Assembly (NCBI GenBank): GCA_017499595.2
Contig: CM038998.1
Coordinates: 2,232,001-2,296,000 of the forward strand
Source of the DNA: Psilocybe cubensis
Taxonomy: Eukaryota
Length of the DNA stretch: 64,000 nucleotides
Direction of reading: 5' to 3'
Shown: piece after piece, positions 1 through 11,011 of the stretch
Layout of the letters: each line of letters opens with the position of its first letter
Position numbering within the stretch: position 1 is the first letter of the stretch
Position numbers and translations under genes: made by a program
The notes under the pieces: model-generated
Databases searched by the model: none
The model's input: only the letters and a program-made list of their open reading frames with translations
Told to the model about the DNA's origin: nothing

Positions 1-353
1 CGTTCCATAAGGCGTCGCATTGGAGCATGCATTCCAAACATGTTACGCTCAAGGGTTAACTTGAGATTGTCCTGGGTAGCTTCCCACTGTAACACATCGA
101 TTTCACATTACAAACCACATGATTTGAAATAAGAATTCCTCACATTCTCTAAGCGCGATCTCAGACCTCCCTCTGACTGGACTTCAGCGGCGAGACTTCG
201 AGGTCCATACTGGAGGGTATCGTGTAATCCCAAAGAATTCGCAGTACTCTGGACTGAAGCTGATGGTTTCGAGGAGGCTGGGACGATACGAAGAGACGAT
301 TCCTAAGTGGACTTCAGTAACAAAGGTTTCATGTCTGACTGGAAACACACCAT
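1..353 (-). CDS. UMP1: Proteasome maturation factor Ump1/POMP (5' part; runs off the window start)
   Basis: Manual splicing: ATG (353-351) | intron 350-303 | ESSLRIVPASSKPSASVQSTANSLGLHDTLQYGPRSLAAEVQSEGGLRSRLEN | intron | WEATQDNLKLTLERNMFGMHAPMRRLMER. The HDTL..G and 'FGxHAPMRRLME' motifs are typical of UMP1. Confidence 0.88.
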
Positions 354-624
354 GATTGTGGGGAATGAAGTATAGAGGGTGAAGAGACAAGGACGACCAC
401 TGTGAGGCTACGCGTAAGTAACAAAGTATATCACGTGACTGCCTAACTTAGGCGTTCATTACTGGATTCTACATGTACAAGCTCAGACTGCTCAGTACCT
501 AACTTTCCAATAACCATATCCACCTCTGCGTTGCTTAAAGGGTTCTAACTGCCTGGGCTGTGTACATCTACTCTTCGAATACTATCTTTGATTCTTTGTT
601 GTTTGTTTGTCGTTTAACAACATC

Positions 625-3267
625 ATGAACTCTCGCCCTTCCAGATCATCCAGCATTCCCATCCCACGAAGTGCGTCGTCGTCGTCGTCGGCCCGTAACA
701 TCGAGGCCGTTTTGTCTATCCCCGTAGTATCTCCAAGCAGACAGAACGTTTCGTCTAGCTCATCTGCTCGACTCGTCATTGAACCCCGACGCATCGGTCC
801 CTCAGTAGATGGATCAAGAGCTATAACCACAGATACCAACATTTCCGTCTCCCCAATCAGATCGACTGCACGATCAGCATCTATAGTGTCCAGCGTTCCA
901 GGTCGCGCTCAAAGTTCAGTTCGAACGACGTTTGAACCTAGAGTTATTCGCGGCGTAGGCCCAGAGTATTCCGCTAGCGGCGAAGCTGACTATGCCACAC
1001 ATCCTGGTCCATCGCCTCATAATCGCAGGGCCAGCACAGGGACTGTTAGAACTTTAGGTCCCCCACAAACTGTCGTGCCTCAACATATCGTGGCTCATGC
1101 AGGGCACAGCTCCTTTGAAAGGCCCACCTATCTCGAGTATTCTTGCTTCAGGCACTTGTTACAGACTGATGCGTATGCATCCACAGGATCCAACAGGAAA
1201 ATAGACCACAATAAGGTATTCCAATAAACCTTCTTAAGTAATATATATAATGTCAATGTCTCTTCAGACAGATATCGATGATGCTATTAATTCCACGCCA
1301 GCCTCTAGTCGACATTTGACATCAATAGCCCAGCCGCAAGACCAGGTATTTAACTTGCCTACTCGCTGGAGTGAACAACACCGTCACCAAAACCTTACTA
1401 TTTCACCAGATGGGCGCGATTTGTTGTATCACGGTATGCTGTAACATAGCCACGACATTACTCTCCATTTTTTAAATACTTTTTTTGATACAGGACCACC
1501 GTCTAATGGGGAAAAGGATGCTTCTGTTGCTCGAACAAACTACCCAGCGCCTCCACTTTGTGGCATTTACTATTTTGAAGTAGAAATACAAGGCAAAGAA
1601 CAGAAGTCGTAAGTCGCTCTCAATCGTGATTTCAGTGTTTATATTTACTGGTATCAGACAAATCAGTATAGGGTATATATCGTCTTCACTTCTAATTACT
1701 ATATTTTTAAGACCAATTTTTCAGATTTGCCACCCGCAATATCAAGACCACCCGAATGCCAGGATGGGAGCCTAACTCATGGGGCTATTATGGTGACGAC
1801 GGGTCAGCACTAACTCCAGAAAAGGGTGTGTCTTCGTACGGTCCTTGGTTTGGTGGTGAGCACAATACTTCATTTTTGATATCCTCAACTGACGTAGATC
1901 CAGCCAATGACACGATTGGATGTGGGATTGATTTTGCTAATAACACAGCCTTCTACACCAAGAACGGCACTCTTCTCGGCAAGTTTCTTCTTTAACAAGG
2001 GCTTTCGTAGATTTAACGTTACTTTAGGGACTCTTTTTCCTAACATTACAAATAGCATGGAGTGGTACCCCGTGGTAGGATTGAAACACGTAGGAGATGT
2101 TGTCCACACAAATTTTGGCCAGGAAACGTTCAAATTCGACATTGAGTATCATGTCCAACGGAGGGCCGGTGAAGTTTGGAACACAATACAAAGTACTCCT
2201 CTTCACCAAACCCTACTTCAGGGAAACCGGAGGAGGATTCATGGCCTCTTATCCATTGCTTCCATCACCAACAATTCTTCTTTGAAGCCTGCCCTCACCG
2301 ATGAACAATCTAAAAGTATGATGAAGCAACTTGTGGCGTCTTACCTCGTGCATCATGGGTACGTCAAGACTGCACGAGCATTTGAAGCTCGGGAAGCAGA
2401 GCGACGGGCATCGACTCCTCGCCCCTCGGCAACTGATGGTAACCACGACGTTGAAATGATTACAAGTGATATCATTGAGAATGATACTCAAACTCGTACC
2501 AACGTCGTTAATCTGGTGTTATCAGGAAATATTGATTCCGCCATAGATTCCTTGCGAGAGCATTATCCGTCGGTTTTGGAGGTTCACGACCAATTGTTTT
2601 TGTTCAAACTGCGTTGCCGAAAATTTGTGGAATTAATCCTAGAAACAGCTGAGATCAAGAAGAAGATGTCAGCATTGCGGACGAGGGAAGCCGAAATACT
2701 TAAAGATGATGATACAGTTCAAAATGCTTGGGTGGAGGAAGGAATGGACATTGACGTCGATGATCACCTCGCCCCTCCCAGCCACTCAGGCATCCACTTT
2801 CATGAAACTCCCAATACGTTCGAAATTATGAATCCCGGATCGGTTGCGGCATCTTCTCAGTACGAGTCTGCTCTTAATGCTGCCCTTCTATACGGCCAAA
2901 CACTCTCCAACGATTGCCAGTCCGAGACTAGACCCGAATTACAGCAACTATTCAAGCAAACATTTGGCATCGTTGCCTGGGAGGATCCTTTAGAGGCAGG
3001 CAGCCCAGTTGCTACCCTAGTCGGGCATGAAGCTCGTGTCGTCCTTGCACATGAGATCAATGAAGCGATTTTGAGTGAGTGTCCACCATTAAATGTTACC
3101 TTACTATTTAACAATTGGAAACCTGGTATCTAGAATCGCAAGGGCGTCCGCCTCAACCTGCTTTAGAAACACTATATCGCCACACATCTGTGTGCATCAA
3201 TGAACTTGGCTTGCTAGGTGCGGGTGCGGCTGCATACGCTGACATGCAAAAAGAATACGTCATTTAG
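625..3267 (+). CDS. RanBPM/RanBP9-10 (Gid1/Vid30-like) SPRY-LisH-CTLH-CRA protein of the GID/CTLH E3 ligase
   Basis: Ser-rich N-terminus, then SPRY motifs (LPTRWS, CGIYYFEVEI, MPGWEPNSWGYYGDDG, DTIGCGIDF, FYTKNG, YPVVGL, NFGQETFKFDI), LisH (LVASYLVHHGYVKTARAF), CTLH (GNIDSAI, FKLRCRKFVEL) and CRA (LAHEINEAIL, PALETLYR). Multiple GT-AG introns. Confidence 0.9.
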
Positions 3268-3428
3268 TGTTGCATGTATTCCAAGTGCGCTAAGGAATAA
3301 ATGCTTCTCCGGCTCTGTTCATTTTACATCTGTTTACCTTGTTAGAAAGTTTTCCATTTTCCATTTTTATCTTTTGTGTGCAATGATTGGTTCAAGAGTG
3401 GCATCTGTCTGTACGTTGTGATGTGATT

Positions 3429-4693
3429 TTATAAATTATAAATGGGTAGCAATCGATCCAAGGCAAGATTTTGCCGACATAATGGGCATTCGGGCTACGG
3501 TTTAATTTATGTCAGTAAACGGTTTCAAGTGTTCCAATGATTACAGTGTGTTACCTTTTCCCTTCCCCATCCAACGATGCAATTCCAACAAAACAGGTGT
3601 CCACATTCTGTGGCACAGCTATCCGTTCTTTCCTCTAGGCATAGCGTACAGTTTCTGGAGACACGTAGGACTTCGGGAATCGACCGAATATCCAATGCAG
3701 TCCTTTCATCCTCTTCAGCTGATTTTGCGATTTCGCTTTCCGGATTATGGTCCAAGATGGAATATATTGGTCGGTTGTCAATATACACATCGAGACTTGG
3801 TCCCTGTGTGGTGTTTTGCATCCGTTGCTCAGCGAGTTCAAATTTCTCCTTGTTTCGTGATTGGTAATAGCCTAACAGTTTGTGTAAAAGGCGGATGGCA
3901 ATCATGATTCCAAGAAGGGAATAAGAAGGGGGACGTGTATGTGGATCTTCAGGAATCGACGAAATCTACAGCAATACAGATCAGCCCGCCATTCGCAGTG
4001 GAGTAAAGACAGTAAAGACATGCTGAACACCCGTCAGACGCTTGATAACGTCATAGTACGTTCCTTTCAGATAGAAGACCGCCAAGTTGACTTCAGCCAC
4101 AACACTGATAACGGCTGGTATCTTTTTGAGCCATTTGGAAACTTGTGGATTTGCGTGGTTGAGAGCTGAGCTTTGGCCCCACCGACCGAGAATATATGAC
4201 GGCAATAAGGTTAATACGATGAGTGTCGCACGCGTGAAAACAGGAGGAGGGGCTGTTCTTGTATGAGAAGAATATTGCCATACGTCAGTGTATTCTTCGC
4301 CCAATGTCTGAGTAGCTACACATAGCGTAAATGACCATAGAATTTCGATAGTAGAATTTGAGATGTACCTCTTCCTGTAGTAAGCCCGTAATAGCTTAAT
4401 TTCACAATAAGATCAAGTTCCTTGTCCCAACGAGCCAGCCAACGCGTACCTGTGCGAAAGAATGAGAACAGATTAGGGTCCCAATTAACAAGACAAACCC
4501 AGCCATGCCCGAAGAACGCTTTCGGCTTGCTCTTTCAATGAAGCAACATGATATAGGTCTCGTTGGTTAGCGCGAACTAAATAGAATTGTAAGTCTAGTT
4601 GGTCAACTTATGATAATGAAGAATAAATATACTAATTTGGGCTTGTTGTGCGCGAGGAAACAGAAAGGGAGAAGATGGAGGGACGTCACTCAT
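3429..4693 (-). CDS. PEX10: Peroxin 10, RING E3 ligase
   Basis: Spliced N-terminus [24 protein letters not shown] motif, FYLKGTYY, and C-terminal [12 protein letters not shown]...[15 protein letters not shown]...ECPLCRQ. Confidence 0.93.
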
Positions 4694-4892
4694 TGAAAGT
4701 GCAGGATGTAGTTGTATGCTAGTAGGACCCCTAGTTCGGAAATGTCCCGCGACATAGGTTTTTGTTGACATTAGTTTGGAGGGAAGGCGGTACGGGAATA
4801 AACGACTTGGTCAATTTGTCGCACTTTTCCCATATCGCCTCTTCTCGTCCTCCTTCCACGTCTACTCTCTCTCAAAATAACACCTCGTATAA

Positions 4893-5496
4893 ATGCCTCC
4901 CCCACCTGCAAACTATGGAGGTGAGCCATCGGTCTGGAAGAAAAGTATGTCGCGTTGTCTATACTTTATTGAGATGGACCGCGACTAACACATGTTGCTA
5001 GTGCAGTAAGGTTTTCCCAACTGAGCTCAACATTCACTGATTCGAATATCCGTAACTCATAAGAATGGGTGCTCTCATGGGCGGCGGAGTTGGTCTCACC
5101 ATTGGTTTCATATTCGGTTCTTGGAGCATAATTCGGTGCGTGGAATACGTCGTCTTGAGCAAAGATTTGTTGAGGCCTGACTGTATCTCCTTCCCATCTC
5201 TTCAGCGGAGGTGCAGGACCAAGGGGGGCATTAGCTACGCTCTCTCAATACATGCTTAGCAGCGCGGCCACTTTTTCATTCTTCCTGTCTATTGGATCGG
5301 TTGGTCTCTCAGTGCCTCCCATGTCTCAATGTCTAACGAAGATCGTTAGGTTATTCGCAGCGACTCTGTCCTTGCGTCTAATGCTGTCCAACTAAAATAT
5401 GCTCCTGCTCTCTCGGTGCATTCTAGAAGTGAAGGAGCGAAGCTTATGCAAGCAAGATGGCAAGCAGAACGCACTCGACCTGTACCTAAGCAGTAA
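4893..5496 (+). CDS. MGR2: Romo1/Mgr2 family mitochondrial TIM23-associated protein
   Basis: MPPPP...WKKMQMGALMGGGVGLTIGFIFGSWSIIRGGAGPRG...YMLSSAATFSFFLSIGSVIRSD; the frame requires a 4-nt microexon at 5002-5005. Confidence 0.88.
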
Positions 5497-5812
5497 CTTA
5501 ATTATCCAGGGTTGTACTCAACTTTATGCGCCATAAAAATATCTAATTTTTACATACTCGACTTCACAAGACTTATATTGGCAGGAACTTACTTCTTCTA
5601 AGCTCAAATACCGACACTTCTTCGACACACACTAGTATCCACTAACCTGATCCCCATTTTTAATCATTCGTGATAGGATCCTTACGTTTCCAATATTTCC
5701 AGAACAACAAGTTTAAATTATGCGTAGCGAATCTAGCTTACGCGCGGCGAACAAAAAGAATAATGATAAGGTACTACAATGCACAATGCAAGTCGTCAAA
5801 GTCGTTCACTGA

Positions 5813-7320
5813 TTAAAGGAAAGCGCGAGGGTGCGAGCGTTTGCCTTTCTTCTGTTGTTGCTGGTTGCCCTTGTTGTTGGCTGCAGCCTTGGGGTTGGCG
5901 ACTTTGGCAGGTGCAACGACCTTGGCTCCTGGAGCAGCAACTGCACTCTTGGCCGACGCAGCTGTAGCAGCGGGAGCGGCTGAAGAGGCAACGCCGGCAG
6001 CAGCTGCGCTTGCCTGAGCAGCGCTGGCATTGCCTGCAGTGACAGTGAACTGAAAGAATAGGTGAGTCAATGGTATCTTATTTAAAATACAATTGATAAC
6101 TTACGTAGACGGCATCATCGAGAGAACCGTGTTGAGCGATGGGCACCAAGACAGGTTGATGGTTGGCGGCTGTGTTAATGGAAGCAAGCCTATAGAACCC
6201 AGCAGGCAGACCACTCGTGACATCGGCGGTCAAAAGACCGTTCGCATCAGCAGGGGCGTTCAAACCCTTGAAGAAAACGAACTTCTTGGGGTCTGTGGGT
6301 GTGGTTTGGTCAAGAGCGTCGAGCTGCTCGACGACGACGTGCGAGTGACCGATGATCTGGCCTCCCGAGTTAACCTGTTGGGGCGCAGCGAAGTAGTTCT
6401 CCTCTGCGTTGACGAATGCACCGGTCTGGAAGTTTCGAACTGCCATTGTGATCGTGAAGGGAGAGTTCTCAGTGAAACTATCTCCGTTCTTAGGTATCTG
6501 GAACTTGGCCGATGGCATGTTATCTGTGGAAGGAATGACACCCATGGGAGCTGGGTTACAGGATCCCGTAGTAATCTGCTTTCCGTTCGTGATGGGCAGA
6601 TTGGGGACCGTCAAGCAGAAGTTGATGAAGTTATTTGACGATGTTAATGAAGCGACCTGTCCGGCAGTGGGAACATCTAGAAAGGTAAAGAGATATGTTT
6701 AATAAATTTATCCTCCATTTTTTGAAATTCATTACCTTGGCCGTCATTCTCGAAACCCGTGGCGATAACTTTAGGGTCCAAAGCTGAACAAAATGACTTT
6801 GAGCTCTTTGTCCAAATCATATGCAACACGACGTACTCGTCGATGATTGAGGGTCGCTACTGCTGGCGGCAGCAGCAGTGTTAGCGGCAGCAGCGGCAGT
6901 TGAAGCAGCAGCGGCGGTGTTGGCAGCGGCCGCCGTGGAAGTCGCAGCAGCAGCGGATGAAGCAGCGCCCTGAAGCCGTATTAGTTAGTATTATTTACTC
7001 ACTACATGTTGTACTCTACTTACTGCGTTGTTCTTGCCGTTGTTTCCTGTGTTTGCTCCCTTGCCGTTGTTGGAGCTCAGATTCTTGTTGTTACCATTGT
7101 TGCCGAACTTATTGTTGTTGTTTTGGTTTTTGTTGTTTTGCCCATTCCTTCCGTTGTTCCCTCCAAATTGCTGACCTCCGAAAAATCCATTGTTGAAGTT
7201 TCCGAAGCCCCCTCGGTTTCCATTGAAGACGTTGTTGTTCCTGTTACTCTGTTGGTTCTGGCTAGCAGCAGAGACAGAGACGGCCAGGGCGATGACAGCG
7301 ACGAGCGAAAAGTACTTCAT
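5813..7320 (-). CDS. Secreted protein of unknown function (paralog A): signal peptide, N/G/Q/F-rich region, Ala-rich linker, conserved core domain, Ala/Lys tail
   Basis: Signal peptide MKYFSLVAVIALAVSVSA; core ...GFENDGQDVPTAGQVASLTSSNNFINFC...GSCNPAPMG...GHSHVVVE...AANHQPVLVPIAQHGSLDD, closely similar to the protein at 11012-12448; GT-AG introns. Confidence 0.85.
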
Positions 7321-8714
7321 GATGAAAAAAGATGGTGTTTTCAAAGAAAGAATACCAGTTGACGGGAGCACTAAGTAAGCAGGACTAGCCGCAAAACGAT
7401 ACCTGATCGCGAAAAGTGGAGAAGAAGAAGGGAAGGGAAAAGGGAACTGAACGAAACAAGGAAACGTGGGGCGGTTGCTTTCTTTTTGACCACCTTTATA
7501 CCTCTCCGCCCATGGAAGTTGTCGCGGATATTTTTAGAACCTCTAAAAATAGACATCTAGTCCAAAAATACTATTACAAAGTCGAGACCCTGATACGGCT
7601 CTAAGAAATTAATGTCTATCGCACCAACCAGGGCCATCCAGCTGAATCTGAGTAACTACTCCCCATGAACGGCCAGAATACTCAGCCTGGTCATCATTCT
7701 TGTTCCATCCATAGCATTGCATCGCAACCGCCATCTTCATCAAGATGCCTTGCCTTGACATCCCACCGAGTATTGATAGATACCCCGTTTTCCTGTCTCA
7801 TAGCGGCTATTATGAGATCCCCGAGCATAATGCTCAGCGCCGGTTGCAACAGACTTCTGATTTGTTGCTAAAGATAGCTCGTCTGTGCAGTAAGTTGTTT
7901 TATTCCTCAGCATTGGTTCTACTTTACATGCCAAATCATGCTGCTTGATGCGACACCACACACAGCTTTCATTGACAAAGGACACTTTACTGACAATGTT
8001 GTGCATACATCGATCCTTGCCTCCATGTCCAACCATCCAGAGGTTCAAACCCACAGACTGGGAAGTTATAAATATAACGCCAGCCCCCAATCTCCTTGGT
8101 GACTGGCATGGCTTACAACGTCTCCAGCTTTAGTGTCCATTGCTTTGCACACATATCATGAAATTTTACGCGTGAGATTTGAAGATTTTCTCAGATTGAT
8201 AGATATCCTTTATATCGGCGCAATTTCACAGGAGCACCGAATCGAAAAGATTGAACAAACTGTTGATCGTTGGATAGTTGTAGGCGTTTGTTCAACAAGA
8301 TGGGCTATTTGACGCATCTTCTCATCTTGTTTGCCTTGTGTTGTTTTTGAGTAAGTACTGAGAGATATCGATGAATACTCACTAATGTCTGTTAAAAATA
8401 AATCTGCCTTCATGTCGCCTAACCAAAATGCTTGACTCCTAAAAAATGCCGGCCGTGAATAACTTGCGGTCTCCAGCAACCCAGCTTCAATGTAAGTTGT
8501 CAACTTTTCCTAGTACATGGCCACTGCTTTATTCCTCTCCCTGCCCATCAAATCCCAACCCAACCGTACTAACTACTAAGGAGCCAATAAAATTCTAGTT
8601 GATGCCGATGATGGCCGAGTGATCATTTAACTGTTTTCTTGATGCCTACAGTGAGGGTGAAATTTTGAGGAACAGATATCTTAGCTTCGTGTTCTCATCT
8701 TGAAGCATCGGTTC

Positions 8715-9922
8715 ATGATGTCGAGTGTCTCTACCACTGTAGAAGCTGTATGTACTTTTCACACTCAGAATACGGTGCGAGTAGCTGTTTCAGGGTATTG
8801 ATAATGATGCCAACAGATTCTTTTTGACATGGATGGGTATGTCCCTGACTTTTGTTGAGCTGTTGCGCTCAATGTCTCTTGTTCGAGCTTGAATAAAGCC
8901 GAACAACTGTCTTTTGATACACTATGTCCTGCAAAAAATCTCATACCATTAACATGGTTCACTTCCTTTCATCAGGACGCTAATCGATTCCACCCCTGGC
9001 GTCCTGCGGGCCTGGCGAATTTTCAGCGACGACTACAAACTGGGCGATTCAGAGTCGGTGGCTCACGAAACACATGGGCGTAGATTGTATGACACTTTGA
9101 AAGAGTACTGTGGGATCACAGATGAAGAAAGACTCCTTGTCCGTATACTCGTTCAGTTTATAATCTTCAAGAGGGGTATATTTTCAATTTGTGATGTTTC
9201 TGAATACTAGCAAGAGATCGATCGCTTCGAGGAGGAAGTCATTGAAGGAGGGCCAATGGCTTTGCCAGGTGCTATTGACTTGCTTAGAAAGGTTGGATAT
9301 AAAATTGCAGAGGAAATGACGCAAGCAAGCTGAATACCATGTCTGATAGTTGAACTCTGATCCATCGACGAGCTCGAAATGGACTATAGTTACTTCAGGT
9401 TAGTTGTCAACCAACTTGGACTGCATTTTACGTTTACATTTATGGTTCAGCCTCGAATAAATATGCACCCCGAGCCCTTGAACGATCCGGGGTTCCTTTG
9501 CCTTCCGTTGGAATCATCACATCCAACGACGTTTCGGAAGGAAAACCACATCCTGCCCCGTATCTTGCAGGTAGCTTGCGGTGTTCCATTAACCCCGAAA
9601 ATTGTATTTACGTTTGCATTGTTCGAAGCTATCCCTCGTAGTTTACTAAAGTTGTCATTCCTAGGTTTAGTTGTTGAAGACGCGATATCCGGTTTGAAAT
9701 CAGGTCGGGCAGCTGGTTGTCGCACACTGGCTGTATGTACCTCAACGTTACGGAGCAAAATTTTGGACTCTGGTGTGCAGCCTGACTTCATTGTTAGCGA
9801 CCTCACCAAGTTGGTTTTTTCCTCCGTATAACTTGATTTACCGCCGATTTTAATTGCATTTCACCAGGGTATCAGTGGCCGTCGTTGATAACAAACTGCA
9901 GGTCACCGTAGATCAGAGCTAG
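8715..9922 (+). CDS. HAD-superfamily phosphatase (Gpp/Dog sugar- or glycerol-phosphate phosphatase-like)
   Basis: Spliced motif I ILFDMDG|TLIDSTPGVLRAW, HGRR, motif II IVTS, GKPHPAPYLAG, motif IV VVEDAISGLKSGRAAG. Confidence 0.9.
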
Positions 9923-11011
9923 AATTCTGTTTAGACTGAAGTTCCTGTGATATAAAGTAGGGTGAAATTCTCAGTATACTGTAGTGATACTTGCATAAGG
10001 TTCACCGGTTGGCAAGTGCTCTTCAAGTTCTAAATGTGAAAGCACGCACATTCACGGCACTAACATGGCTATAGTAATGATCCTTTCTTGCCGACATATT
10101 AACTCGGTTCTATGACTCATGTTCTCGAGACGACCTTACAAGGCGCCACCCTGCTGCCCGGAACAGCTTTGGACATTGTAAAAGCTGGCGCTGATTCTTG
10201 AGGACTTGCTTTCATGTTGAGGTTTCTCGAAATAGTATTACCCTTGGGTGTTACCACAGCATTGGCAATACTGGACGTGATGTAGTACGGTATACTATAT
10301 ACCAACCTTAGAGCAGTTTAAAATTGGAGGGGTCGTGGTGGCTGATTGCAACGAGCTTGACGGGACGGTAAACTTCGTTGAGACAATCTGTCACAAATAT
10401 TTGTCAACTAGTTTACTGCTCAGTGCTACTCTAGAATGTAGTTGAGACTGGTGGATAGACTCTCTTTAGCACTTTCCAGCTATGACTGCGACAATTCGAA
10501 TGGGTTCGTCCACTACAAATTGCAAAAGGCCACGGACTGCAGGGAAGGCACCGGTCGTAATACGTTGTCAGTCAGTCGAGGCCATCATCACTGTTGCACT
10601 AGGAACAGCATCCAATCCGTCACCCGAACTGATTTGATTGAATTTCAAAACAGTTAGCTCGGAGGGCCATGTGTGTAACGGTGAGTTAACACTCGATTTT
10701 GTCTTGGCGTTGTGGAGTTCACTCATTTGGTCTTCTCTCAGAGGTGATGTTTTCATGAAACGGGAACCATCTGAGGCCATCTGTTGATTTCACGCTAAGG
10801 CCATATGCGACCGTAGTGCCATTTCAATCTGAATAAAAGGGTGCCAGCACAATTTCATTTTGAGTAAACTCGTTTGTTCTTTTCGTCTCTTTTTTTTTTG
10901 TTTCGTTCTCGGTCTTTTGTTCTGCTCTCGTCTCCTCTTTGGCACTGGTGTCATTCTTCTTACGACTGTTGCCCACACTCTCGTTTATATTTATCCAACT
11001 TCAACTTCACT

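Noticed and set aside
7400..8700. Several 60-116 aa ORFs in the gap between paralog A and the HAD gene
   Set aside because: No recognisable motifs or consistent exon chain; most likely promoter/intergenic DNA.
10100..10790. Possible spliced minus-strand transcript (gctaac...cag acceptor near 10629-10658; short ORFs)
   Set aside because: Could not assemble a stop-free multi-exon reading frame; intron-like signals may be chance. A lncRNA cannot be excluded without RNA data.
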